Positions 1 to 13,681 of a DNA stretch of 64,000 bases are shown in pieces (the first letter of the stretch is position 1; the number at the start of each line of letters is the position of its first letter). The translations under genes were made by a program, and so were the position numbers. Location of the stretch: assembly GCA_951406725.2 (NCBI GenBank), contig OX597833.1:41416001-41480000 (forward strand), read 5' to 3'. The notes below the pieces were generated by a model. The model saw only the letters and a program-made list of their open reading frames with translations. It made no database searches and was not told the DNA's origin. The DNA is from Octopus vulgaris (taxonomy: Eukaryota).

Positions 1-362
1 AAACGTGGGTTTTATCTTTATGATGTCATTGCAATGAGTTGATCATCACCGCCACGACCAAAGAAAGACACGTCTGAGTTAGGCAGATGCTATACCGACA
101 CTATACCAAACATTATACCAAAAGAGCAAGCCACATCCAACGGCCACAGTTCCTTTGAGTCGTCGTCGTCGTCGTCATCGTCGTCCTCATCATCATCATC
201 ATCATCATCATCAACAACAACAAGGCGGTGACCTAGCTGAATTATTAGTACGCCGGGCAAAATGGGAAACATTGAAAACAGAGGAGGATATTTAAAAAAA
301 TTAAAACCGAAAGTTAAATGTTTGTTTTTTAAGTATATTTTGTTCACTCTTACTTTCATATA

Positions 363-875
363 TCTATATATATAAAACTGTAGTTGTGTGAGTGTCTGTC
401 CCCTTCGATTTAGATTCCTAACTACTCTCACATTTTGCGGTGCAGTTCAACCAAATTCGGGTATCTTATAGTTGTGATTCATATCGAGCCCGTCTGAGTA
501 TTAGCGCGCGTCTACGATGAGTCTACGATTTTTAAAATAATTTAACATCATTTTTTATTCCATTTTAATGCATAATTTTTCGTGTGTCGATGGCGGCGGA
601 GTTGGCGTCCATGGTCACACCTGCACCTGTTTGCTTCTTCCCCTTCTTCCCTCCCTCGTGAAGCTGTGGGGAAGGGAGTGTAAGGAAATCAACGTCGTAA
701 AGCGTTGTCAAGGAGACCAGCGTTCTTTTAGAACAACGACTTCGTGGCTTGAAGACACCAAAACAGAAATGGCTAAGAAAGCCCGATTTGGCATCTATAA
801 GGGAAGTAACTCTCTAAAAATGCTTATATAGTTATTTCCCTTACAAACCCGAGCAACGCCGGGCGATACTGCTAG
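363..875 (+). mobile_element. Non-autonomous Helitron (copy H1)
   Basis: 5' TCTATATATATAAA after A; 3' subterminal hairpin CCCGAGC-AAC-GCCGGG then GATACTGCTAG followed by T (A|TC...CTAG|T, no TSD), the canonical Helitron termini. Confidence 0.85.
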
Positions 876-1019
876 TATATCATATAAACATGTATATCTT
901 TTGGAACATTGTCATTTTATAAGATTTTGCTGGCAAATTTTTTAATTAACATAAACACCTATTTACAGGAAAGAAAATTACCAGATAATTTTCATCTAAT
1001 TCTTCCGAATCTTTCTCTT

Positions 1020-1512
1020 AAAAATTGTAACGTGCTTCTCGCATGTAACGTGTTATTTATCGCATTTGCATTAAATGCATATTGAATGCTTAAATGTTTG
1101 TTTACTCTTTTTTTTTTATCATTGAGCATTGGGGTGGTTGTGTTGTGGGCTAAAAATAACAGCCAAATAAGATTTTTAGATAAATCTTTTAAATTAACAT
1201 AAACATTTATTTACATGAAAAAAAATTACCGGAGATATAACACGTGTTGTTTACAAATATTAACAACACGTGCTATTTTCAGGATATTGACGACAAAATA
1301 TGCAGTCACGCACAAAATGTCAGCTTCCAAATCTTGTTTCCTGACAGGGTGAAAATGATCAAACTTTAAACCTCTATAACTTTTTAAAAACATTTTCTGC
1401 AAAAAAATTAAATAACTCCAGCAATTCAGTTTTGGCAAGTGTATTGTGGAAAATTTTAAATTTTCAGTAAACCTTAATTTTTGAAATGCTGGCAGCCAAA
1501 CCGACAAGATCC
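1020..1512 (-). mobile_element. One end of a non-autonomous Merlin-family element
   Basis: Reverse complement begins GGATCTTGTCGGTTTGGCTGCC and aligns by eye to the left ~530 bp of the Merlin element at 54696; spurious ORFs 1226-1507(-) and 54788-54982(+) are near-identical. It sits between the head (222-263) and body (1513-1600) of a family-B SINE. Confidence 0.75.
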
Positions 1513-1857
1513 AATTAAGTACCAGTTACGCACTGAGCTCGATGTAATCGACTGAATCCCTTCCCCCAAATCTGAGGCCTTGTGCTTCCAGTAAAAAGGA
1601 TTATTATTATTGTTGCTGTTGCTGCTGTTGTTGTTGTTGCTTTTCCTTCTTTCTTCAAAATTTTCTTCCATTTCTCGCCAAGTGTTTTCCATACACCTAG
1701 GGCAGAGAAGCTCATTGTATGCATTCCCAAATTACACACGCAAATTCACAGGTAAAATATGTATTTAAAAAAATTAATAAATAAATAAATTCGTGAATGG
1801 ATGTTGTTTTCACAGCGATAAACTCTTCTCAGTACATGAGTCGTTCCAGTTAACACG

Positions 1858-2017
<160 letters not shown>

Positions 2018-2557
2018 TTTAAGACCGTCGTTTATCATAAATAAGTTGCACGGAGTTTAACTTAAGTGGCGTTTGAGGGAGGTAGTGGGGAAGAAGTGCC
2101 CTGGAAAAGTGTACTACGATAACCCATCTGCTCACGCATAACTCTTTATCTGTGATTTATGGCAAAACACGAAATGACTCCCATCCCGCAGCCGCTTTAT
2201 TTTCCGAGTTTGGCCACTGTGAAATGTTTTGTCCCTATATTTGAAATCCATCATAAAGGCTGCTAATTTCAGAGAAAAGAAGCGATCGCGACCGGTGCAT
2301 TACTCCTCTGCGTTCCAGGACACATTTCAAAATTTTAAAAAGCTAACTTCTTTGTTCGGTTTGGTGTAATAACTGTGTGAGAAACTAAGAAACTATTCTG
2401 AAGGATCATGTCTAATTAGATTCTAATTAGATGTTTTCGTTTTTGTTTTTTTAAGGGCTGTTTCATTTAGGAGAGAGAGCGCGCGCGTGTGTTTGCGTGC
2501 GTGCTTACGTGTGTGCGTGCATGCGTGCGTGTGCGTGCATATGTTCGTACGTATGTA

Positions 2558-2972
2558 GGATCTTTTCGGTTTGAACGGCAGTTTTTAAAAATAATTTCCA
2601 CTTTTAAACTTCGTATACTGGTAGAATGTGATTATAAAACATCTTTTTCTCTTGGCTTTATTGAGAAAATTCTATTGTTTGTAAGATATTTGTTGTTTTT
2701 TTTCCTTCAATTTCTGCAATTTCAACCAACCAATGACGTCTATTGAGGTAAAAAAAACATTCTGTGCCATATGAATATGTCCCTCGTTTAAGAAACAGAT
2801 TGGGTTTATTTACATTTGTGAAGAAAAAAAGATACCCTTCCCCCACCCCTAACCCTAACCCTAACCCTAAAACAGCTTGAAATGCAATAGATCGATACTA
2901 GGGTCATAATTATGGGTGACAATTTCATATGACACCGCTAGAAAAAAACTGCCGTTCAAACCGAAAATATCC
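2558..2972. mobile_element. Merlin-type MITE containing (CCCTAA)4
   Basis: TIRs GGATCTTTTCGGTTTGAACGGCAGTTTTT / AAAAACTGCCGTTCAAACCGAAAATATCC; flanks CGTATGTA / TGTATGTA (8-bp TSD, 1 mismatch); TIR start matches the Merlin at 54696-56509; telomeric repeat at 2847-2870. Confidence 0.85.
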
Positions 2973-3249
2973 TGTATGTATGTATGTATGTATGTATGTA
3001 TGTATGTATGTATGTATGTATGTATGTATGTATGTATGTACGTTTGTACAATGACTGGTGACAGCTAAAAGCTCTGCCCAGCTGTCTTCTCAGATCATTT
3101 ATCATGTTAAAAAATATTTCATTTGAATCTTCATTTCGTGTTGGGTTCTATATCAGATAATGTTTAATCCCTGTCTAACATAGCGCTATATATGTCAAAC
3201 ACCTACGCCTACGCCTTTATATATGTATATATGTGAGTGTGAGTGAGTG

Positions 3250-3280
<31 letters not shown>

Positions 3281-3395
3281 CCTGTATGTACGTGCATATA
3301 TCTATACATTATGTAATACCTAGTTATCGATATTTATTTGTGCGCATGTAGGTATAATATTTATCTGTGTATATCTAAACCCACTTATCTATTTG

Positions 3396-3437
<42 letters not shown>

Positions 3438-3738
3438 CACACATACACGCACATTCACTCATACACACGCAGTCACATACATGGACACTACGAGGAAGTT
3501 GTTTGGTTGTTTATCTTAATCACGGATCACATTATCAAACTATTATCGCTATCGAATTAAATACTATCCGCTTATGAGAAACAAAATCTCAGAGCATTAA
3601 TATCATAATTTTCAAGTAACCCTTGAATAAGTCCCAACACGTGCGTATTTTGTCTTCCGGTTACCACAACCACCATCACCGTGCTCACTGTTACAACAAC
3701 AGACGACAATCACGACAGAACTGTATTCACATTTTCAA

Positions 3739-4125
3739 TCTTTATATATAAAGCTGAAGTAGTCTGTGTGTGGCAGGTTTGGTAGCCTTCAACTAACACT
3801 ATCTCCTCCGAGACCCTGCCGCGCAAGTTGACCAAAATTGAGAGTATGATAGAAGGCCTGCTCTTCCTTCCGTAAAAGAAAAACTTCAAATCGGACCATG
3901 TTAAGACCAAAAATTATTTACATCAAAAAGGTGCTTTTTTTCTATGAAAATCCCTATTTTTTACGATTTTTTGACTGCTGTGTCGCCATTTTTCGGTGTA
4001 TTTCAACCAGAAAAATGTTCACTTAAAGAGAATAACAAGCTACATAATGCAAAATTTTTACTTTTCAAAAATTCCAATTCTAAAGGGTCGAAACAAACCC
4101 GAGCAACGCCAGGCGATACTGCTAG
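3739..4125 (+). mobile_element. Non-autonomous Helitron (copy H2)
   Basis: A|TCTTTATATATAAAG start; same 3' hairpin and CTAG|T end as H1; different interior. Confidence 0.8.
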
Positions 4126-4450
4126 TAATTCTATACAGTCAACCTTACCTCCATGTTCATCAATTGTTACCACCGCTACTACATCTACAACTATTACCAC
4201 TACTATTATGTCTACCATTATCACTACTACTATTGCTACTAATGTGTTTTGGATGACGAATACGAAGATGATGACAAGACAAAAGCGAGAGGTGCAATAC
4301 CTATGAAGATGTAGTATTTGTAAGGTTATGATGATTAAGGACAATTATGATGATGAAATTCTTTGTATTGGCTATGATCGGCAGTAGTAGTTTGCTCATT
4401 TTTCGGTGTGGGTTAAGATATGTGTGTTCATACAAACATATATATATATA

Positions 4451-4775
4451 CTAGCACTATGACCCGGCAACGCCGGGTCATAGTGCTAGTGCATGCATAT
4501 ACAGCTGCGTGCGTATACAGTTAGCTGGCATTCAATTGGCGTATCAAGTTTCGGGCATTTTGATTGGGTTTGGGATAGAAAATTCACAAAAAAGTCGCTT
4601 CTATTGATTTTTTTAATGGCTTTGCGGGGTGACTGGGGAAATGTAAAGATGTGCACGACCACCCTTGGACGGTTTTGAATGACCATAGAAACTGCGAGCC
4701 CTCTAACTGAAAAATTGTGGATTTGTATAAAGGATACGCACACACACACACACACACACATTTTCCCGTTTATCG

Positions 4776-4780
<5 letters not shown>
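4451..4780 (-). mobile_element. Helitron-like element with a fully palindromic 3' end (H5)
   Basis: CTAG end at 4451 within a perfect 19-bp-arm hairpin (4450-4490) that has the same CCCGGC-AAC-GCCGGG core; 5' boundary approximate. Confidence 0.6.
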
Positions 4781-4808
<28 letters not shown>

Positions 4809-5654
4809 TGTATGTATGTATGTATGTACATGCGTGTGCGCGCTCACGTGCTTGTGTGTGTGCGTGCGTCAGAGAATGTAGAAAGTAATTTCAAAGATTT
4901 GCTGATGGGACCTTCGGACACTCATCAGTAAAATTTTTGAAGCAACAATCAATATTCTTAGAATAGATACTATATTTTACACATGGATTCAGTTTTCTAT
5001 CCGATTGATGTTTGTTGCTATAGAAATTATTTAAAAACACTAATTTTTATGTGTGTGCGTGTATACATACATACACACACATATATTTAAATTTAGGTCA
5101 GTTCAAATATGTTTGTGAGACACTTGATACTTGACCTATGAAAACGCCATTTTCACTGCAGTTTGCCATGGAGAAAATTCCCGTTTTAGATATTAAGTGT
5201 CTAAATAACGTCAATCATTTCGGGGCGCCCTCTATAGTAGACCGATAAATGCATTTCTAGCTATTTGGCTACCATCAGTACCGAACACTACAAAAGAGTG
5301 ATAACCATGAAGTGACTTTGGAAGGTATGGTTTCCTTTGTAGAAAATCAGCAAAACTATTTACTAGCTACGTGTGATCAACCGCCATGCTCGAATAAATT
5401 ATATAGTATGTATGCGAAGCTATATTATGAAGTAAGCAAACTTTTTCAACCATTTCAAATATGTTTGTGACATATTTGATCTGTAAAAACGCTATTTTCC
5501 CTAGGATCGCATATGAGGCGGAGATAACATAGAAAGATCTCCGGGTGGTGACATAAGACGCTTTGTTGGGATTCTTCGTTATTTGAGTACAACAGAAAGC
5601 TCTTTCAGGATCATTTTAAAATCCGGAAGAGACATAGCGTCACAACAGTGAGGC

Positions 5655-5852
5655 CAGTGGCGGATTTACCATTGTGCTTAGGTGTGCTTGAGCACAGGGC
5701 CTCGTTGACTGGGGGTTGGGGTCCATCTTCTCGCCCCCAAAAGTCTTCATGATAAACTTACTCTTTTACTCTGAGCATGTATGCCTGACTATCCAAGCAA
5801 GGCTTCATGACTTAACTAGCACAGGGCCTCATTTATCCTAAATCCGGCACTG
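5655..5852. mobile_element. hAT-like MITE
   Basis: TIRs CAGTGGCGGATTTA / TAAATCCGGCACTG; 8-bp flanks AGTGAGGC / GGTGAGAC (6/8); internal repeat AGCACAGGGCCTC twice. Confidence 0.75.
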
Positions 5853-7397
5853 GGTGAGACGCGTATAGCTATGGGAAAAAATGCATAATATAACATCAAT
5901 TAAGGATTACTGAAAAAAGTGACAACCTTACCTAAACAGAAGTAGGAGAATTATTCTGAAGAATTCACTCCACACAGAAGCTTTCTTGATCTCTGAAAGC
6001 GAAGTTTCCCTCTTGTCCTCATGGCTGGAAATATATTTTAGTCAATTATTCGGTTCCATCCTAGCTAAGGACTGGCTTTTGTTCGTTTGTAGAACTCTCG
6101 TTATAATACGGTATTCCCCCATTCACACACACGCATGCACACAACCCCAACACATTCACAGAGCCATGCATAGATATTAAAAAACGCTCCCTACATCTCC
6201 CCATTTTCTCTCTCTCTCCACCTTACTTTCACCCTTTCCTTTCCATAATCTCAGAATACAAGAATACAAAAAGCATAACTGCCACTTCAATGACTAAAAA
6301 GACCAATCTAAGCCGGCGTTTTTTCTTTCTTTCATTTTTTTTATAACTTCAGACATCCCTGGGTTTCGTTCCAGTATTTTTACATCTCTAATACTCGTAA
6401 ACCGGATGTGGTCTATTTAGACTTCTAGTACAAAAGATCCCAAGATCTCTTTTATCAAGCCATGTTTGATGACTGTTAAATTACAGTTACATATTAGGAA
6501 GTTCCTGAGCACGAAACCACTCGGTAACATGAATTGGCTGTTATGAAATTAAAATTATAATATCCTATGAATAATACACGCAGTTTATTACTGAATACAC
6601 CCTGTTTTTACTGACTCATGAAAACTTACTAAACGTTCTTTATTCCTGAATTTGTATGTACTTACTTTCATCGCTTCATTAACGCATTCCATGAACGGTA
6701 ATTCTAGTACTTGCAAAATCTGCCGAACACATTGTCTGTGACTATATAATGAAACTATTTACTATTTATAGCAGAGTCTGATGTTAACCTGTCATGAAAT
6801 GTGCATGTGGCCTCTTCGTTAAGTCACAGCATAATTATATTTATGGGTGTATATATATATATATATTCATTTATATGTATGTGACGGATCATGTAGCGTC
6901 GCTTATATAAATAACAGAGATTACGAAACAACTGTTTACAAATGGAATAAACGTCTACTCTATCACTTCACTTCTCTTATTTGCACCATTGCGATTCCTG
7001 GATTCAGAACGACAGTGAAATTCCATCCAACCCTTAACCACGGTCTTTCTCGATAGCTCTGCACCAGGCGGCGAGCTTACTGTGAGTCCTGTTTAGTTCT
7101 TTGAATCGCTATTCATATCGTGCGTGTGTGTGTGTGTAAATGTGTGTGTGTTTTGTGTGTATGTATGAATGTATGTATGTATATATGTATATATATATAT
7201 GTATGTATGTATAAAATGTATGTATTCTTATAATTTTATAGATAGATACATACATACATGCATACATACATACATACATACATACATACATACATACATA
7301 CATACATACATACATACACAAACAAGCATATATGCACACTGACACGCACATGCATATTTATATGCATCTTTCTACAAGAAACCAATATGTTAGCTTT

Positions 7398-7667
7398 TGA
7401 TACTCTTTTACTCTTTACTCTTTTACTTGTTTCAGTCATTTGACTGCGGCCATGCTGGAGCACCGCCTTTAGTCGAGCAAATCGACTTCCAGGACTTATT
7501 CTTTGTAAGTCTAGTACTTATTCTATTGGATCTCTTTTGCCGAACCGTTAAGTTACGGGGACGCAAACACACCAGCATCGGTTGTCAAGCGATGTTGGGG
7601 GGACAAACACAGACACACAAATACACACACATACACACATACACACACACACACGCACGCACGCACA

Positions 7668-7738
<71 letters not shown>

Positions 7739-7904
7739 TCATATACAGGACGGGCCTCTTTCAGTTTCCGTGTACCAAATCCACTCATAAGGCTTTGGTC
7801 GGCCCGAGGCTATAGTAGAAGACACTTGCCAAGGTGCCACGCAATGGGAATGAACCCGGGACCGTGTGGTTGGTAAGCAAGCTACTTACCACACAGCCAC
7901 TCCT
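7398..7904 (-). mobile_element. tRNA-derived SINE, family A (CORE-like CCTTGGGCAAGT motif, central (TG)n, GTAAAAGA tail)
   Basis: Near-identical to many other copies in the window; the head has A/B-box-like TGGCTGTGTGG ... GGTTCA motifs. Confidence 0.9.
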
Positions 7905-8039
7905 TTAGGAAATTATAAATTTATATATAAAATGCAATTAATTTATATTATCTTTTAAAATATCTGCAAATTATTTTGCATAAATAACGATTTATTTAAC
8001 TAATAAAGAATCCGTTTATTTTGAGAGTCTTGCTATCAA

Positions 8040-9400
8040 CATGTAACTCAACAGATATCCGAGTTATTCTTCAGCTGATAAAGTATGATAAAGTATGTTG
8101 TTGAACATAGTATTAGAGAAGTGACGAGACACTTTGGTGTGAATGGATGTAACATCAGATTATAGAGGCGAGTCCAAATTAAACTTGAAATGTGCCAAAA
8201 TTCAAACGAGCCCAAAGAGGTTAAAGACCTACTTCTTGCTTCGCGAAGTGGATGTATTGAAATTTATAAAGAACAAAAGGTGTGTTATCAATCCAAATCA
8301 CAATCCGTACTACAGTCTATTACTAGAAACTCCATCCGGATTCATATATAATAAATCCATTTAAAGCAAATACAAAGATGGTAGCTCCTTTTTAAGGATG
8401 GATATAGCTTTGCTTCAGAAAGCGCAGAATTTTCCCGAAAACAAGAAAGAGAAAGTTTTGAACTTTCCAGAAGTTCATTTATGACTAGCAGTATCGCCCG
8501 GCGTTGCTCGGGTTTGTAAGGGAAATAACTATAAAGCATTTTTAGAGAGTTATAGCCAAAAAATAGTTTTAAAAAATGGAAAAAAAATTATGGTAAATTT
8601 TTTTTAAGTTAAAAAGGTCGAGTTGCGTCCCCTAGACAGTCTGTGGTTTGTGTTTCTGATTCTCGACCCCATGTCGAATTTATCGATGTTTTTCAGAACT
8701 GGGGGAACTTTTCAAAATTTTCGCTGCGTTAGTTTTGAATTATGACATTGGGCTATGTGTGTGTCAAGTTTCATCAGAATCGGTTGAAAGCCGTGGTCAG
8801 GGTGAGGGTACAACCTAACAGACACACAGACACGCAGACAGACAAACTGCCGTTTATATAGAGAGATTTGTGAAAAAATATGGCTACTCCGCCATCAACA
8901 CAGGAAATGCTGACTAAATAACAGTGACGTTTTGTGTCCATATTACACTGATGTAATTCCCAGTAGTTGTAAGACAGGGTTTCTGGGCCATAATGGATAT
9001 GAACCAAAGCAGATTCACTGTTATATTCGACTGTTTAGCTAACGGTTCCAAGTTGCTGAAGTAACTTCAAAAGGAAAACTATACCATCCGCAGAGTTCCC
9101 TGCTGGCGAAATGCATTAAAAAAGTAGGGAGCACGACAAACTGGCCCTAAATTGGATTAAAATTGTTTGGGCAAAATAAAGATTGCTATAGCAGGAGAGT
9201 TACTGAATTTTGACGCTTTCAGATATCATCGCATGTATGTAAACGATGCCTCTTAAGAGGATCAAAAACAGATATGGCCTCATTCTCAGTGATATAATAT
9301 CATCATGCTGCAGGCCATAGATTTGGTGTCTTCAGCAAGTTATTCAACAGTTGTGGAATAAAAACGCATAGATTACCGATTATAGATCGGATAACTTCAT
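8040..9400 (+). pseudogene. Degenerate pogo-family (POGK-like) transposase relic, split by Helitron H3
   Basis: Broken-frame translations: YVVEHSIREVTRHFGVN (Brinker-type HTH-like), AQNFPENKKEKVLN(F)QKFI, RFTVIFDCLANGSKL..FKRKTIPSAEFPAG; many stops and frameshifts. Confidence 0.6.
8485..8866 (-). mobile_element. Non-autonomous Helitron (copy H3)
   Basis: On the minus strand A|TCTCTCTATATAAACGGC ... hairpin ... CTAG|T; near-identical to H4. Confidence 0.85.
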
Positions 9401-9464
9401 ATCTGTGGCTTGCGAGAGAACACTGATTACTATATTTGAGTGTTCACTATTTGGATAATACATC

Positions 9465-9532
<68 letters not shown>

Positions 9533-9573
9533 GTCTGTCTATCTGTCTGTCTATCTATCTATCTATCTATCTA

Positions 9574-10091
<518 letters not shown>

Positions 10092-10126
10092 TATATCTGT
10101 GTATGTGAATATGTGTGTATGTTTGT

Positions 10127-10222
<96 letters not shown>

Positions 10223-10421
10223 GGATATGGTCATGCAAACAGGAAAAATAAAACTCGAATAGAGTATATGAATATATTTATTAATATTTAACGAGGACAA
10301 CAGCCCAAGAGTTTCGGGTGCAGACACTTATCAAACGGGTTTGTTAAGTGCCAACGCCCGAAACTCTTGGCTCTTGAGTCACTTTATAGCTTTGCTATAT
10401 ATATATATACACACACACACA

Positions 10422-10834
10422 CACTCTTTTACTTGTTTCAGTCATTTGACTGCGGCCATGCTGGAGCACCGCCTTTAGTCGAGCAAATCGACCCCAGAGC
10501 TTATTCCTTGTAAGCCTAGTTCTTATTCTATTGGTCTTTTTTTGCCGAACCGCTAAGTTACGGGGACGTAAACACACTAGCATCGGTTGTCAAGCGTTGT
10601 TGGGGGGGTGGAGGTCTAACAGACACACAAACATATACACACACATACATATACATATATATATACATATACGACGGGCTTCTTCCAGTTTCCGTCTACC
10701 AAATCCACTCACAAGACTTTGTTCGGCCCGAAGTTATAGTAGAAGACACATGCCCAAAGTGCCACGCAGTGGGACTGACCCCAGGACCATGTGGTTGGTA
10801 AGCAAGCTACTTACCACACAGTCACTCCTGCGCC
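10422..10834 (-). mobile_element. SINE family A
   Basis: Full-length match to other copies. Confidence 0.9.
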
Positions 10835-10837
10835 TAT

Positions 10838-11070
10838 AACGTAAAGACAGACGAAATACCTATTTCTTTACTACCCACAAGGGGCTAAACATAGAGTGGA
10901 CAAACAAGGACAGAAAAAAGGGATTAAGTCGATTACATCGACCCCAGTGCATAACTGGTACTTAATTTATCGACCCCGAAAGGATGAAAGGCAAAGTCGA
11001 CCTCAGCGGAATTTGAACTCACAACGTAACGGCAAACGAAATACGGTTAAGAATTTCGCCCGGCGTGCTA
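10838..11070 (-). mobile_element. SINE family B (GCCTTTCATCCTTTCGGGGTCGATAAA central domain, Meta-domain-like from memory)
   Basis: Matches copies at 14950, 24053, 53431 and 57815; begins a second unit at the recurrent junction. Confidence 0.85.
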
Positions 11071-11375
11071 ATGGCCCAATGGTTAGGACAGCGGACTTGC
11101 GGTCGTAGTATCGCGGTTTCGATTCCCAGACCGGGCGTTGTGAGTGTTTATTGAGCAAAAACACCTAAAGCTCCACGAGACTCCGGCAGAGGGGTGGGGG
11201 TGGCGATCCCTGCTGTACTCTTTCGCCACAACTTTCTCTCACTCTTTCTTCCGTTAGCCTGCTCGCTTAGCCAGCGGGGTGGCGTCATTTGAAGGCTAAA
11301 ACAATGCGAAGCGCATTGAGACCAGCGATGTGCAGCAACATGTGATAGCCTGGTCGGTCACGGTGATCACGGTGA
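11071..11375 (+). mobile_element. tRNA-derived SINE, family C
   Basis: tRNA-like head TGGCCCAATGGTTAGG...GGTTTCGATTCCC; further copies at 21305-21470, 26712-27004 and 59265-59370 (all minus). Confidence 0.85.
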
Positions 11376-11580
11376 TATATATATATATATGTATGTATGT
11401 TAGGCGGGCGCACGTATGGCTGTGTGGTTAAGAAGCTTGCTTTGCATCTGCATATTTTGGGTCCCGTCCCACTGCGCGGCCCCATGGGCAAGTATTTGCT
11501 ACCGTAGCCCTTAGTCAACCAATGCCTTGTGAGTAAGCTTGGTGGACGGAGACTGAATGAAAGCTCGTTGCGCGTGTGCA

Positions 11581-11631
<51 letters not shown>

Positions 11632-11894
11632 ACAAGTATGTATATATGTATGTGTGTGTGTGTCTGTGTTTGTCCCCACTACCACATCACAACCGGGGCT
11701 GGTTTGTTTATGCCTCCGTCACTTATGCTCCGCACTTTACAAAATTAGTTATGGGGTCGATTTGTTTGACTAGAACCTTCAATGCATTGGACAAGCATAG
11801 CTGCAATCCAGTGACTGAAAGAAATGAAATATAATATGCATAGTATATATATATATACACGCGCACGCACACACAAATAGATAGACAGACAGAC

Positions 11895-11958
<64 letters not shown>

Positions 11959-11959
11959 T

Positions 11960-11997
<38 letters not shown>

Positions 11998-12224
11998 CAT
12001 ATGCATGTATATGTGTATACAGATGTTTGTGTAAGTATATGTTGATATATATTTATATATATATATATATATATATGTATACACACACACATACATTTAT
12101 ATATATGCCAAGTTTAGGTTAGTTAAAGTATGTCTGTGACATAACTGCTAAAAGGTAAATTCACTGCAGTTACCATGGCGAAAAATTCTTTCTTATGGCA
12201 AAAAGGTGTGAGAACGCCATATTA

Positions 12225-12640
12225 CGGTGCGAGCTGGCAGAAACGTTAGCACGCCGGGCGAAATGCTTAACTGTAGTTCGTCTGTCTTTATGTTCTGAGT
12301 TCAAATTCCGCCGAGGTCGACTTTGCTTTTCATCCTTTCAGGGTTCATAAATTAAGTACCAGTTGCGTATTGGGTTCGATCTAATCGACTGGCTCCCTCC
12401 CCAAAAATTTCGGCCCTTGTGCCTAGAGTAGAAAAGAGAGCTGGCAGAAATCGTAAGCATGACGGGCAAAATATTTTGCGGCATTTCGCCCGTCGCTACG
12501 TTCCGAGTTCAAATTCCGCCGAGGTTGACTTTGCTTTTCATTATTTGGGGTCAATAAATTTAGTACCAGTGAAACACTAGGGTCGATGTAATCTACTAGT
12601 CCCCTCATCACAAATTCCAGATCTTGTGCCTATAGTAGAA
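12225..12640 (+). mobile_element. Two tandem SINE family B copies
   Basis: GAGCTGGCAGAA head occurs twice, each followed by the central domain. Confidence 0.8.
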
Positions 12641-12643
12641 AAG

Positions 12644-12688
<45 letters not shown>

Positions 12689-13243
12689 GAGTGAGAGAGC
12701 AGTGCATGCCATCAAAGTGACACTGGGGTAAAATATACGAAGCCCAATATACCCATCATGACTACCCGTCTGATAAAGGTACACCAGGCACATGCATCAC
12801 AACCATATGTGCGCGACATGGTGATCTCATATCAAGATAAACAGCACATGACCTTGCAGGTGGGGGCCCAGTTAGAATTTTCTTCTGGTTGAGTAGCCCA
12901 TCCCGCTCAAAAGGTCCCTGAATAAGGGTTGTTTAAGGATGTTGAAAGAACCACCCATGTTTCCAGAGGTGAGTTATTCAAACCCCAAAGAATCCCTCTC
13001 AACACATGGCTATGATGCTCCCCCACTACTTCTGCTCGTGATCAGAGATGCACATATCGTCAGCCACTAAGGGACATGCTCAACTGGTTAAGGTCAAACA
13101 ACTGACAAGCAAATCTGTGGTATTGAGCAGAATATTTGCTGTAGCCCATCTTTTATACCAAGACAAAACAATGTACATGTTAACACCTCCAATCAGTTAA
13201 GATCAGAAGCCATGAGAGCCACTGCCTGGTACTGCATCAGGGC

Positions 13244-13247
<4 letters not shown>
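12689..13247 (-). mobile_element. ~560-bp non-coding interspersed element embedded in (TAA)n, with a partial second copy at 13287-13430
   Basis: Both copies share GAGTGAGAGAGCAGTGCATGCC... and are bounded on both sides by (TTA)n arrays; orientation inferred from the retained end carrying an (AAT)n tail. Confidence 0.65.
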
Positions 13248-13282
<35 letters not shown>

Positions 13283-13434
13283 TATTGAGTGAGAGAGCAG
13301 TGCATGCCATCAAAGTGACACTGGGGTAAAATATACGAAGCCCAATATACCCATCATGACAACCCGTCTGATAAGGGTACACCAGGCACATGCATCACAA
13401 CCATATCCAGGCACATGCATCACAACCATTATTA

Positions 13435-13472
<38 letters not shown>

Positions 13473-13519
13473 TCATTATTATCATTATTATTATTATTAT
13501 TATTTTATTATTATTATTA

Positions 13520-13564
<45 letters not shown>

Positions 13565-13608
13565 TCATTATTATCATTATTATTATTATTATTTTATTAT
13601 TATTATTA

Positions 13609-13679
<71 letters not shown>

Positions 13680-13681
<2 letters not shown>

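Noticed and set aside
11071-11140. tRNA-like heads of SINE families A, B and C
   Set aside because: They have A/B boxes but no complete cloverleaf; they are SINE heads, not tRNA genes.
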